Assembly: GCF_006345805.1 (NCBI RefSeq)
Contig: NC_043007.1
Span: 22,940,001-23,004,000, forward strand
DNA from: Octopus sinensis
Lineage: Eukaryota
Reading direction: 5' to 3'
Length of the DNA: 64,000 nucleotides
Shown here one piece after another: positions 13,487 to 25,770 of the stretch. A model generated the notes under the pieces. It ran no database searches. It was not told the origin of the DNA and worked only from the letters and a program-made list of their open reading frames with translations. The position numbers and the translations under genes are program-made. Numbering within the stretch: the first letter of the stretch is position 1; each line of letters opens with the position of its first letter.

Positions 13487-14134
13487 TTTGTTTATTAAAG
13501 CTACCATTGGTTTCATGTTAAGAAATATCTTAACAATATTTCAAGCCAATTGTATAGAAAAATTGTTGAGATATTTCTTAACATGAAACCAATGGTAGCT
13601 TTAATAAACAAATAAAGAATGAGTGCTCAATGTGGTGTTGAGCACACATTCTCATTGTTCATAGGTGTTGGAGTGGCTGTGTGGTAAGTAGCTTGCTTAC
13701 CAACCACATGGTTCTGGGTTCATTCCCACTGCATGGCACCTTGGGCACGTGTCTTCTACTATAGCTTCAGGCTGACCAAAGCCTTGTGAGTGGATTTGGT
13801 AAACGGAAGCTGAAAGAAGCCCATTGTATATATGTATGTGTGTGTATATGTTTGTATCCCTGTAACTTAGCGGTTTGGCAAAAGAGACCAATAAAATAAG
13901 TACTAGGCTTACAAAGAATAAGTCCTGGGATCGATTTGGTCGACTAAAGGTGGTGCTCCAGCATGGCCACAGTCAAATGACTGAAACAAGTAAAAGAGTA
14001 TTTACTTTCAACTCTCTATTTAACTGAATATGAACTATATGCTTTTATATATATATATATATATATTTGACAACATGGTCACATTAGTAAATATATTTTT
14101 GACAATATAGGTACACTAGTATATATTAAGTTAC

Positions 14135-14360
14135 CGTAGGATTCCTCTCAGCTCCAACAACTGCTCGGACGGCCTGTGATTTCAGGTCAAAACACCGAAT
14201 ACTTGAACTCTCACAGTCAGCGATGTAGACACAATGCTGTGATGGACAGTAAGTTATTCCGGATGGCTGTGCAAAGGAAGCTTTCAAAGGGTAGCTGTTG
14301 TTCCGGTTCTCTTCACACCCACTGCCAGCAACGCAGACACAGGTGCCGCATTCATATTGG
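14135..14360 (-). CDS. NHLRC2: NHLRC2 exon 6
   Basis: QYECGTCVCVAGSGCEENRNNSYPLKASFAQPSGITYCPSQHCVYIADCESSSIRCFDLKSQAVRAVVGAERNPT; EENRNN and FAQPSG motifs; aacag / GTAAC; 226 nt, phase 2/0. Confidence 0.95.
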
Positions 14361-14637
14361 CTGTTGTATAGAATATTTAGAAAACAAATACAAAAAAATC
14401 AGGTAAAAAAAAATGACTTCAGTTTTAACAACAGCAACATAATAAATGCTAAAATGGCCAGCTGGCAGAAACGTTAGCAGGCCGGGCGAAATGCTTAGCG
14501 GTATTTCGTCTGCCGCTACGTTCCTCCGACTGTGAGTCCGCTGCCCTAACCACTGGGCCATTGCGCTTCCATGCTTTTCTCAAAAAACAAAATACCCAGT
14601 AGTTGTAAGGCAATACTGTGATGAAGTGGTTATTTAC

Positions 14638-14731
14638 CTCTTTTGAAACCAGACTGTATCTTGCAAGAAATAGGCCCAGATTTGATGTGAACCAGCCAGA
14701 GCAATCAGGAGGACATCAGGTTTACCAGAAA
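14638..14731 (-). CDS. NHLRC2: NHLRC2 exon 5
   Basis: (V)SGKPDVLLIALAGSHQIWAYFLQDTVWFQK(S), matching the family motif IAMAGTHQIW; tttcag / GTAAAT; 94 nt, phase 1/2, bridges exons 4 and 6 exactly. Confidence 0.93.
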
Positions 14732-15760
14732 CTGAAACAGAAATTAGATTTTATACCTAACACTTTTAGAAATCACAATGTTATAAATTACTCTGGTTTT
14801 TGTCACATTATGGGGGTACAAGACAAATCTATCAATGCAGGGCAAGCTAGTCTGTTACTGGTTAACTTCTCTCAAGCTGAAAATCTGATACCAATCACAA
14901 ATAGCCAAGTTAGGCTGACTCCAGCTGCTATAATAATAATAATAATAATCTTTTCTACAAAAGGCACAAGGCCTGAAATTTTGGAAGAGGGGTTAAGTCA
15001 ATCACATTGACCCAGTACTCCACTGGTACTTAATTTATCAACACTGAAAGGATGAAAGGCAAAGTTGACCTTAGTGGAATTTGAACTCAGAACATAAGGA
15101 CAGGCGAAATGGCACTAAGCATTTTGGCCAGCGTGCTAACCATTCTGCCAGGAACTTAGAACATAAAGAGCCAGGACAATTATTGCAAGGCATTTGTTTT
15201 ACATTCTAATAATTTTGTTAATAATAATAATAATAATCCTTTCTACTATAGGCACAAGGCCTGAAATTTGCAGGAGGTGATAAGTTGATTACACCAACCC
15301 CAGTACTCAACTGATACTTATTTCATTGACACCGAAAGGATGAAAGACAAAGTTGACCTTGGCAGAATGTGAACTCTGAATGTAAAGACAGATGAAATGC
15401 TGCTATGAATTTCCCCTGGTATCCTAATGATTCTGCAAGCTTGCCTCCTTAAAGAATTATTAAGGTAATATTTCCTTGTGACCGGACATGTTTTTGCAGA
15501 AGATTGGAAACAAAGGATATCACATGCATGATGGTGACACTCATTTACAACTATCATGTGATACCAAGGCAAGGTGATAGTAAGAGTCTCACACACATAC
15601 TCATGACAGGCTTCTTCCAGTTTCAGTGGGACTGAACCTGGAATCATGGTCATGTGGTTGAGAAGCAAACATTATACCATACAGTCATACAAGAACCATG
15701 TTGCGGTCCTACAACTGTACATAATACTATTAATATCTTTTATTCCTACAGGGTACTTAC

Positions 15761-15893
15761 CAACAGAAGGTACCATCACCAAATCATAAGGAGAGCAAAG
15801 TTGTTGTTGTGTACCAAGTTTTCCTCCTTCTTTATCATCACCTTGGAAACCGGTTCCTGCAATTGTGGTGACTTTATTGTTGGTCAGATCAAT
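15761..15893 (-). CDS. NHLRC2: NHLRC2 exon 4
   Basis: IDLTNNKVTTIAGTGFQGDDKEGGKLGTQQQLCSPYDLVMVPSV; tgtag acceptor, GTAAGT donor; 133 nt, phase 0/1. Not in the ORF track in this frame. Confidence 0.93.
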
Positions 15894-17457
15894 CTACAAT
15901 GACACAGGGGAATCAGAAAACAATATGAGTTAGGGAGAATAACAGGTACTACGTGACTCAAATTGCATGGAATAATTTAGGAAGAGTGACAGATACTGAG
16001 TAACTCAAACTCCCGAGTGTGAGTCATGGAGAGTAATGCTATTGAGTCACTTGAACTCCAAAGAACAAGTGGAACCGATATTGAGTGACAGAAGAAGTAA
16101 ACTACAGACTCTAAATGAGTAGAATTCAGTTGATTCTGTTAGTGAAGCAGAAACCAACCACATGAAACAGGGAGCTTCTATGTATCTACTTGATCTACTG
16201 AATGTAGCAACCAAGACTTCCCCTACAAACGCCTGTCTTTTAAAATAGGGTCCATAGATTAAAAGTTGAGGACCATATATTCTCTGGTAAATATATCATC
16301 ACCACAATCAGAAGGTTGATCAAATTGATTTTCAACCCAAAGTGTTATATTGGAAAACATTCTTCCATGTCCTGAGTCCAGTTGCCATTGGCTAGTTTCA
16401 GGTGTATATTTCGTTTGTCACTGTTATTTATGACAACCCTAACCTTAAAACCTTAACCCTAAGCCTAAAACCCTAACCCTAAAACCAGTACAAACACACG
16501 AACGATGTCATAAATAACAGTGGCAAACGAAAAATACACTGCCAATGGTTGTTGTTGACAAACAACGGCAGTAATTTTATTCAGCTGAATACACGTCATT
16601 GATTGGTTGAAATTACCAAAATAGGACAACTTTAACGTGAAATTACTTCGTAAATATAAGCTTTTCTCAAAAATGTTAAGAGTAAAATATATTTTATATG
16701 ACACATTCTACCAGTGTCCAAAGTTTGAAAGCGTTTAGTTACCGATTGGCTTCTGTGCCAGAGGCACGTAAAAAGCACCATCCAAACATGGTTGATGCCA
16801 GTTCTGCTTTACTAGCTCCTGTGCTGGTGGAACATAAAAAGGACCCACTACACTCTTGGAGTGGTTGGCGTTAAGAAGGGCATCCAGCTGTAGAAACTTT
16901 GCCAGATCAGATTGGAGCCTGGTGTAGACTACTGGCTTGCCAGTCCCCAGTCAAATCGACCAACCCATGCTAGCATGGAAGACGTTAAACAATGATGATG
17001 ATGATGACATGCTAGAAAATGCAACCAAATTACATAAAAATTACACCCTACCAACTTTAAAAAGGACACAATGGAGAATATGGTCCTAGATATATACATA
17101 TATATATACATATAAAGAGAGAGAGAGAAAGATGTGTGTATATATATATATATATACAGAGAGAGAGAGAGAGAGAGAGAAAAAGACTCCAAAGAAAGGG
17201 AGAAGAAGAAAATAGAGAGAGCAAAGAGAAAGGGAGAAGAGAGAAAGAGTAGAAGAGAGAGGAAGAAGAGAAAGTGTGTAAGAGAGAAAATGAGGGAGTG
17301 AACATGTGAGAGAGTGTGTATGAATGAGAAAGAGAGAGAGAGTAAATATACATGAGAGAGTGTGAAAAAAGAGTATGCATGTGAGAAAGAGAGAGAGAAA
17401 GTGTGTGTGTGTGTGTGTGAGAAACAGAAAGAGAGAGTGTGTGTGAGTGAGCGTTAC

Positions 17458-17592
17458 CTTTCTCACGGAATGGTTGTCACAGTCTGCAACATACAATGTC
17501 TGGTGGTTTAGCACTAAACCCTGAGGATTATTGAATCTGGCATTTTGAAAAGAACCATCTTGAAATCCTTTCTCAGGTCCTCCAATAACAGT
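17458..17592 (-). CDS. NHLRC2: NHLRC2 exon 3 (NHL repeat)
   Basis: TVIGGPEKGFQDGSFQNARFNNPQGLVLNHQTLYVADCDNHSVRK; tttcag acceptor, GTAAC donor; 135 nt, phase 0/0. Confidence 0.95.
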
Positions 17593-17835
17593 CTGAAATA
17601 ACAAGAGTAGAAACATGTATAACTATGTGTCACCCATGACCTGAACATGGATAATAGTCTTGCTTTCCAAATGGTTTCCTTAACAATTTCTAATGACATT
17701 GAATACAATGATAACGGTGAATCCATCTCTCTCACACACACACATACAGAGGTACACACATTAAGAGGCACACATATGATAGTAAGAAAAAAATGATAAA
17801 AGCAATGATGATGGTGATGATGATAATATATAATA

Positions 17836-18390
17836 TTGGGTCGTCCGGAAAGTTCGTGCCGATTTTTAAAGGAAATTAAAAGGTCAATAAATACTTGTTA
17901 TTACCCAAGCATTACCAGGTGTTCATGAATGATGGATTATGATAGGTTGAGGCTTTCTGCCAATCCTCGGGTTGTGCAATGTGGGTTATTCTCAATTAAT
18001 GACTTGATTTGGTCATCATCTGTAGTGGATGGTCTGCCTGATCATTCTTTATCAATAAGGCTACAATCTCCAGCTCAGAACCTTGCGAACCACTTCCGTA
18101 CAGTTCTTTCGGATAAAGAAACATCAACGTAAACTGCACATATTTCTTTGGTTGCTTGTGAAGCATTTTTCCCTTTGCGGAAAATGAAAAGCATCAAGTG
18201 CCGAAAACAAACCTTCTTATCTTCCATTTTAAAGGGTTACAGAATTAACACAGGTTATAGGAACATAAATGTTCTTCCATGAAAAGATAGCTTAAACTGT
18301 GCTCTAAATGGAGGTGTAGTCAAATCCTATTCTAAAATAAGTCGAAAGGTAAGCTACTATAAATCGGCACAAACTTTCCGGACAACCCAA
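17836..18390 (-). mobile_element. Internally deleted mariner element
   Basis: 30-bp TIRs TTGGGTCGTCCGGAAAGTTCGTGCCGATTT / AAATCGGCACAAACTTTCCGGACAACCCAA with TA TSD. From 18227 on minus: MEDKKVCFRHLMLFIFRKGKNASQATKEICAVY...RTVRKWFARF*, an HTH region with stops. Confidence 0.9.
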
Positions 18391-18929
18391 TAGTTACAAC
18401 AATAATGTAATGATGATGATGATGATGATGATGAGGGTAGTAGTAGTGGTTGTGATATTAGTTTGAGGAGATAATTATGGTAATGACAATGATAATAGTG
18501 TGATAATATTGACAGTGGTGATGGTGATGGTTTTGGAAATATTCTCTTCTGCTCTAGGCACAAGGCACAAAATTCTGGGAGAAGGGGCTAGTTGATTTAA
18601 TCGGGGTTGATTAAATAAGTACCAGTTACATACTGGGGGCGATATAATTGACTTAATACATTTGTCTGTCCTTGTTTGTCCCCTCTAAGTGTAGCCCCTT
18701 GTGAGCAGTAAAGAAATACTATAGGCACAAGGCCTGAAATTTGGGGGTGGGGGATAGTCGATTACATTGACCCCAGTATTCAGCTGGTACTTATTTTGTT
18801 GACCCTGAAAGGATGAAAGGCAAAATCGACCTTGGTGGAATTTGAACCCAGAATGTGAAGACGGACAAAATACCACCAAGCATTTCACCCGGCACGCTAA
18901 CCATTCTGCCAACCTGCCACCTTACTTAA

Positions 18930-19148
18930 CCCTGTAGTGTTCAGATTATCCTATCAAACATAATGCTTATTGATTCCCATTGATTTGAATTAATCAAGCA
19001 TTATCTCATATCTTCAAGATCTTGATGGTGTAATTACCTAATGTAGAATAACATTGTAGGGTGGGTGTGAGAGCCTGGATCTGGTCAGTTTGAACATAAA
19101 ACAGATTAAATATTTTGGCCGGATATGGCCGGTTTAAATACTAAAGGG
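18930..19148. mobile_element. piggyBac-like MITE family (copies also at ~10155-10376, 20038-20243, 21255-21468, 49418-49781)
   Basis: TTAA|CCC...GGG|TTAA ends; shared internal sequence (TTTAGAATGACATTGTAGGG, CCGGATATGGCC). Confidence 0.65.
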
Positions 19149-19278
19149 TTAATAATAATAATAATAATATTTTTAGTACTAGTGACAAAGATGATGATGA
19201 TAATGATGATGGTAGTGGTAGTGGTGATGATGATAGTGACACTGAAAAAGATGCCGTTTCTAAAATAAAAATACTTAC

Positions 19279-19880
19279 CTTAATGACACCTGAGGTAAGA
19301 TCACAGCCAAGTATCCTATTGTGACCACTGTCTGAAATGTATAACATTGACCCCTGACCATCAACACAGAGCTTTCCAGGAAACTGGAGAATGTCCTCGC
19401 ATCTCTCTAAATGATTTTTCTCTAAATGTAGCGGCAACTGGTGAGGTTTTATCAATCCAGTCTCCCCGTAATACTCCAAGGCAACATCAATAAATTCCAG
19501 TATTCTCTGTCTGTTACCTTCTCCAGCGAACGAGTGAAGATACTCATTGTTGGGTCCAAGGACAACAAAGGTTGGCCAACAATTTATCATGAGTTCATTC
19601 CAGAGGTAGGCCTCAGGGTCGTTAATGACAGGGTGCATGATGTTGTGACGTAGTACAGCATTCCTTACATTGTCCAGCACTTTCTCGTTGTTGAATTTAG
19701 CCGAATGGACACCGATCACAACCACACCTTTCTCTATGCTGTAAGTTTCTTCCAGGATTTCCAAGTCTGGCAAAACATGAAGGCAGTTCATGCAACAGTA
19801 AGTGAAGAAGTCTAAGACTGCCACTTTACCCTTCAGATGGTTGGTCAGCGAGAGAGGAACAGAGTTCAGCCAGTCACAAC
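19279..19880 (-). CDS. NHLRC2: NHLRC2 exon 2: thioredoxin-like domain and first NHL repeat
   Basis: 602 nt between AG acceptor and GTAAGT donor. Contains GKVAVLDFFTYCCMNCLHVLPDL, IGVHSAKFNNEK, WPTFVVLGP and FPGKLCVD...ISDSGHNRI, all NHLRC2-family motifs. Confidence 0.97.
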
Positions 19881-20912
19881 CTTCACAACAAACAAAAAGA
19901 AAGAAAGAAAAAGACATGAAAGTGTGAGAATAATATATATATGTGATACAGTAACACAAGGGTACAGATCTACATATCTAACCCTTTAAATATCCACCCA
20001 AAATATCCTACCTACAATCATCATCATCATCATCGTTCAACCCTTTAGTATTCATATTATTCTATCAAATATAATACTTATTCATCCATATTGTTTTAAG
20101 CTAATCATGCATTATTTCATAGGTTCAAGATTTCGATGATGTTATCACCTATTTTTAGAATGACATTATAGGTTGGTGTGAGATACCAAATCTGGGTAGT
20201 TTTAACATAAAACAGGTAAATTATTTGGGCCGGATATGACCAGTTTAAACACTAAAGGGTTAATGTCCGCTTTCCATGCTAGCATGGGTTGGACGATTTG
20301 ACTGAGGACTGGCGAACCAGATGGCTGCACCAGGCTCCAGTCTGATCTGGCAGAGTTTCTACAGCTGGATGCCCTTCTTAATGCCAACCACTCTGAGAGT
20401 GTAGTGGGTGCTTTTACGTGCCACCAGCACGAGGGCTAGTCAGGCTGTACTGGCAACAGCCACGCTCAAATGGTGTTTTTTTTTTACGTGCCACCTGCAC
20501 AGGAGCCAGTCCAGCAACACTGGCAATGACCTCGCTTGAATGTTTTTTCATGTACTACCGGCACAAGTGCCAGTAAGGCGATGCTGGTAATGATCATGCT
20601 CGAATGGTGCTTTTTATGTGCCACTGGCATGGAAGCCAGTTTGCTGCTCTGGCAATGATCATGCTCGGATGGTGCTCTTAGTGCTCCACTAGCGTGGATG
20701 CCAGTCATCGAATTTGATTTCGATTTCATTCAAAATGTCATTCGAAAAATAAAACAATCACACTATCAAACTGTTGAAGCTTTGAGATAATGCAATGACT
20801 AATTCAAAACAATGTGAATAAATAAGCATTACATTTGACAGAATAATCTGAATGCTAAATGGTTTAGAAGAGCTAATTCCTTTACGTGTGATATATACAA
20901 ATAAATGCACCC

Positions 20913-21147
20913 TTTTTAAAGCCTAGCTAGGCTCATGGGCCCGGTTTCCCAGTTTCTATGGCGTATGTGTTCCACAGCTGGACGGGACGCCAGTCCATCG
21001 CAGCGTTACTCATTTTTGCCAGCTGAGTGGACTGGAGCAACGTGAAATGAAATGTTTTGCTCAAGAACACAACACATCGCCTGATCCAGGAATCGAAACC
21101 ACAATCACGATGCTAACACCCTAACCACTAAGCCGCGCGCCTCCACA
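20913..21147 (-). mobile_element. tRNA-derived SINE family D (also ~10714-10950 -, 12720-12948 -, 47850-48040 +, 60800-61018 -)
   Basis: tRNA-like head followed by TGTTCTTGAGCAAAAC..TTCATTTCAC.TTGCTCCAGTCCACTCAGCTGG, shared by all copies. Confidence 0.75.
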
Positions 21148-22452
21148 CTTAGGTGTGATATAATGAGCAAGTTTTCAAAATAACCATATTTGATGGCATA
21201 GGAGACACACCCTTATTTCAGCAGTACAAATTCAGGAAAGGAGTTTTTAGTGCCTTAACCCTTTTGGCCATATCTGGCCAAAATATTCTTATTCTATGTT
21301 GAACCTGGCCAGATCTGGCCTCTGCCATCAACCCCGTAATGTCATTGTAAAAAAAATAAACAATCACATCATCTAAATCTCAAAGCTACAAGAGAATGCA
21401 TGAATAATTCAAAGCAGTGAATAGATAAGTATCACATTTGACCAAGTAATCTGAATACTAAAAGGTTAAAGGCAAATATTCTTATACTGGCTTAAGGTGC
21501 ATCTATAGACTTATTGTAGAAACTTTCCACAGTGACAGGAGCCCAGATCTATATATTTATAACATTCAACCCAACAGTGTGGAGGCACATGGCCTAGTGG
21601 TTAGAGCAGTGGACAGGCGGTCAAGGGATCGCGGGTTCGAATCTCAAACCGGGCGATGTGTGTGTGTGTTTATGAGCGAAACACCTAAGCCCCACACGGC
21701 TCCGGCAGAAGGTAATGGCGAAACTTCTGCTGACTCTTTCGCCACAACTTTCTCTCACTCTTTCCTCCTGCATCTTGCAGCTCACCTGCGACGGACCGGC
21801 GTCCCGTCCAGGTGGGGAACCTATATGCCAAGGAAACCAGGAAAACCGGCCCTTATGAGCCAGGCCTGGCTCGAGAAGGAACAACAACCCCAACAGTGAC
21901 ACAGGGTCACATCTGTGTTTACTCATGGATAAGTTGTACTATGATTTACTTGGTTTAATTAAAAAAACAAAAAAACCTAGGGTGTGGCTTATATACAAGG
22001 CAAAGCTAACACTGAAAGATAAGAAATCTGTACCAAGATTTAGCGCTAGATTAAGGGCGTGACTTATACATAAGCAAATATAGTATATATAACAGAAGAA
22101 ATAAAACAGTTTATAAGACATGAAATAACATGAGAACCTTTATGTGGTCACTCTGCCTGCTAGAAATAGCAACTAATTCTCTTGTAAATTACATTTTGCT
22201 ACCTTTAAAAAGGGGTTGTGTACATTGGATAATGAAATCCTGTTCGAATAAAAAATGGGGGGGACATGGTAAAAACACTTTTGATCATTGGCCAGAGGGA
22301 GCGGGATTAGCCTAAACTACTACTAAATAACAAAACATTTAGTCATGTAAAAGAATATGTAGTGTGATAGACTTAAAAATTACATAGAAGAAGAATCAAT
22401 GTTCCTTTACCATTTTCTCTATCTATACCCACTGTGTTAATGTGTGTGTGTG

Positions 22453-22485
<33 letters not shown>

Positions 22486-23043
22486 CTGTCCCCACTACCA
22501 CCACTTGACAGTCGATGGCCGGTTTGTTTACGTTTCCGTAACATAACGATTAGAAAAGTACCGAGGCCGATTGGTTAAACCCCGTTAAGGAGGTGCCCCA
22601 GCATGGCCGTAGTCCAATGAGAGAAACAATTAATTATATTTACTGTCAACAAATCGTTCTTTACAATATTTAAACAGATCTTATCCAATTCTCTCTTCAG
22701 TCTCATCTCATTTATAGAAACAAGACACTCTCTGTCAAGCGAAGAACATCTTAATTTTTCATTTCTCCTCACAAAACACCATCTTTAAACTTATTTTGCA
22801 AATATTATTAATAAATAACACCGGACACTGACGAAAGAATGGGACTAAATACAGTTTTTAGTTTCCTACTCCACGTTCGAATTCAGTTGGTGATCGACAT
22901 ACTTTTTATTTTCTCACCGGGCGGGAAAGTCGATAAAAAAACATAACCGGTTTTTAATGTTCTACTATCCTACTTGTATAAAGTATCAGGGACCTGAATG
23001 TATGTTATGTACTACTAAAAAGTTTTGATACCTATGTAATTAA

Positions 23044-23298
23044 GGTACTATTTAAGAAAAGTGGTCCCGGTGCGCGCACTCGCGTATCCGCACTAGCTAG
23101 TCGTGACTAGTCGATCCTTACTTTGTGTTTTTGTGTTTTATTTACTTTGTTTAAAAAAATTATTTACTTTGTGTAAAAAAATATTTATTTTGTGTTTTAT
23201 TTGCTTTGCTAGGTAGTCGTTGTAGGATCGACTAGTCACGACTAACTAGTACGGATGCGCGAGTGCGCACACCGGGACCACTCTTCTTAAACAGTACC
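23044..23298. mobile_element. Palindromic MITE with ~75-bp CpG-rich TIRs
   Basis: GGTACTATTTAAGAAAAGTGGTCCCGGTGCGCGCACTCGCG... with its reverse complement at the right end. Inverted copy at 55609-55873, partial copy at 56006-56073. Confidence 0.8.
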
Positions 23299-23557
23299 GG
23301 TTATTAATGACGGCGAAAGTAAAGAATACGCACACCCAGTGTTTAGGGTTAGGGTTTTTGTTACGCCGAAAACGGATGGCATACGTATTCTCTACCTCTG
23401 CCTAAATAACAATACAGGCAGTGCTTGTTGTGCTGGAATCTAACGGTGGTGGACACTTTTAGTGTACCACACTGTGTGCCGAAGCCTCTTGTGACTCACA
23501 ATGGGCAGAGATATTGAACTACGAATACTCGGGAGAAAAGAAACCTCTCACCTTTAA

Positions 23558-23776
23558 CCCTTTCGTTACCAACCCGCCTGAAACTGGCTCTGGCTCTGTA
23601 GTACAAATGTCTTGTTTTCATAAGTTCTGAATTAAAATCTTCCACCAAACCTTAGTCACAATTTATGTTTCTAACACCAGCTTAATGATAACTAAGTTAT
23701 TTTACTAATTCTTTGTTATATTTAAAATTAATTGAAAGAAACAGAGCATCTCAACAGAAATATGGTAACAAAAGGG
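23558..23776. mobile_element. piggyBac-like MITE
   Basis: TTAA|CCCTTTCGTTACC ... GGTAACAAAAGGG|TTAA. A related decayed copy lies at ~62950-63330. Confidence 0.7.
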
Positions 23777-23976
23777 TTAAGGCTGATTTTCTCCCCTCCA
23801 TACACACCCAAGCACGTATCTGACTCATACACTGTTCACTTCTCAGACATTTGTACATTAAGGTACATGCTTTATACGCACTTTTGACAAGTTGTGGTGC
23901 ACTGTATACAATAATGTCATTATTATTTATATACAAGTGTACACACACAGTCACTTCAACTCCCGTCAATCTACCT

Positions 23977-25150
23977 TAAATTAACTTCGTAGGCATCTCT
24001 TACCATTTGCAGAGATAAAAGAGAAGTTTCTATGTTGTCTACGCGAATTTTATTTGTAATTTTTCAGGAGTTACAGCCAACTTTATAGCTTGTTTCAAGA
24101 ATTCAAGAAGAGAAAAAGAAAAAATACATTTTGCTACACACAAAAAGGTTGGCTGACGCAATTTTAATGTTTAAAAATAAATTTTATGATTAAAAAAAAA
24201 AAGTCTGAAATCAGCGACTGAAATTTAAATAAAGGGTAGACCAACAAGCATATTATAACGATCGCAATAATAGTTATGTTAATGTAAATTAGTAATAAAG
24301 CAAAAGTTAATTATAACTGTGTGTATGTACTGTTAGTGTTTACAACGTCTGTTAGGGTGTGGTGTGTTTATACCAATTTGGCTGCATCGAGAATTTTCGG
24401 TCAATATAAAGATCTTCACTCGTTAAACAAAAACACAGCCTGTGTAGAAAACGAATGTGACAAAAAAAAAATTGCGCAAACGAACCGGGTGGGGGAGGAC
24501 TTTCGGAAAATTCACAAGATCCGATTTTTCCGTCATAACTTTCGGGAAAATGCATATATATATACATTTTCCCGAAAGTTATGACGGAAAAATAGGATCT
24601 ATATATATATATATATATAATATATATATATATATATTGATTTTATTTTTTAACGGAATCCCACGTTTTTTGTTAAGGAGGATCCGATTCTGAAAAAAAC
24701 TGAAATTTTGAAAATGCGATTAAAAAATTTTTTTTTCAGAATCGGATCCTCCATAACCAAAAAACGTGGGATTCCGTAAAAAAAAAAAAATAAAATCAAT
24801 ATATATATCCATTTCCCCGAAAGTTATGACGGAAAAATCTGATTTTGCGAATTTTCCGAAAGTCCTCTCCGCATTCCCCAGGTTCGTTTGCGCAGTTTTT
24901 TTTTGTCATTCGTTTTCTACACAGTTATTAACACCCAACAGGCTACTTTTTTTTTCTCTTTTTTTGGTTTTTGTTAACGGGTGAAGATCTTTATATTAAC
25001 CGAATTTTCCTCCATGACAAGATACAGAATGTGTGTGTGTGTGTGTGTATATATATACACACACAAATTACAACTAAAATTCGCTTAGACAACTAAGAAA
25101 CTTCTCTTTTATCTCTGCAAATGGTAAGAGATGCCTACGAAGTTAATTTA
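23977..25150. mobile_element. ~1.2-kb foldback-type element with nested inverted repeats (NHLRC2 intron 1)
   Basis: ~85-bp terminal inverted arms (TAAATTAACTTCGTAGGCATCTCTTACC...). Internal inverted blocks ~24390-24560 vs 24790-25005 and ~24652-24697 vs 24731-24778. Confidence 0.75.
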
Positions 25151-25276
25151 GGTGTGTGTATATATATATATATATAATATATATATATATATAGAAATCA
25201 AATATAAAATATAAATTACAAAGTGGGACAAGAACGCAAAAACACACAAAGAGACGACACAAAAAAACAGACGGGT

Positions 25277-25327
<51 letters not shown>

Positions 25328-25616
25328 GTAGGTGTTCAACAAGTACAAAATCATTTTGAATTTCCTTAGTGATAAAGCCGTTAATTTACAATATAACGGA
25401 AGCCGATCGTGAGACGTTCATGCTTTTCTAGAACAAACTGAAGCAAGTGGAGAGTCGAAACCGCTTGGGCGAAGTCAACTCGATATAAGTTTAGCGAAAC
25501 AGAAACAAGGAATGAAGGGAAAGTATGTTTTAGTTTGAAGAAACAATAAAAGAACGACAGATATACCGTTAAAACTATAGAAATATATATATCTAAATAA
25601 CTGGATATTAACTAAC

Positions 25617-25770
25617 CGACAGGAAAATCTGGTATTGTGAATTTGTACTTGGAACTAATTAATGCCAAATGTTCGGTAATTAGATCCCGCCTTTCCTTTT
25701 GAAGAAGTGTTTCTTCTAATTTCATCTCCAGGTCTCCGCATAATTCCAAGATACTGTTTAGATCCGCCAT
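25617..25770 (-). CDS. NHLRC2: NHL repeat-containing protein 2, coding exon 1 (start codon)
   Basis: Translates MADLNSILELCGDLEMKLEETLLQKERRDLITEHLALISSKYKFTIPDFPV(G), then donor GTTAGT; 154 nt, phase 1, fits exon 2. PDFPVG|CDWLN matches the recalled NHLRC2 PEFPEG-LEWLN. Confidence 0.9.

Noticed and set aside
19141-19959. 272-aa ORF as a standalone gene
   Set aside because: Both ends are intronic read-through; only 19279-19880 is the NHLRC2 exon.
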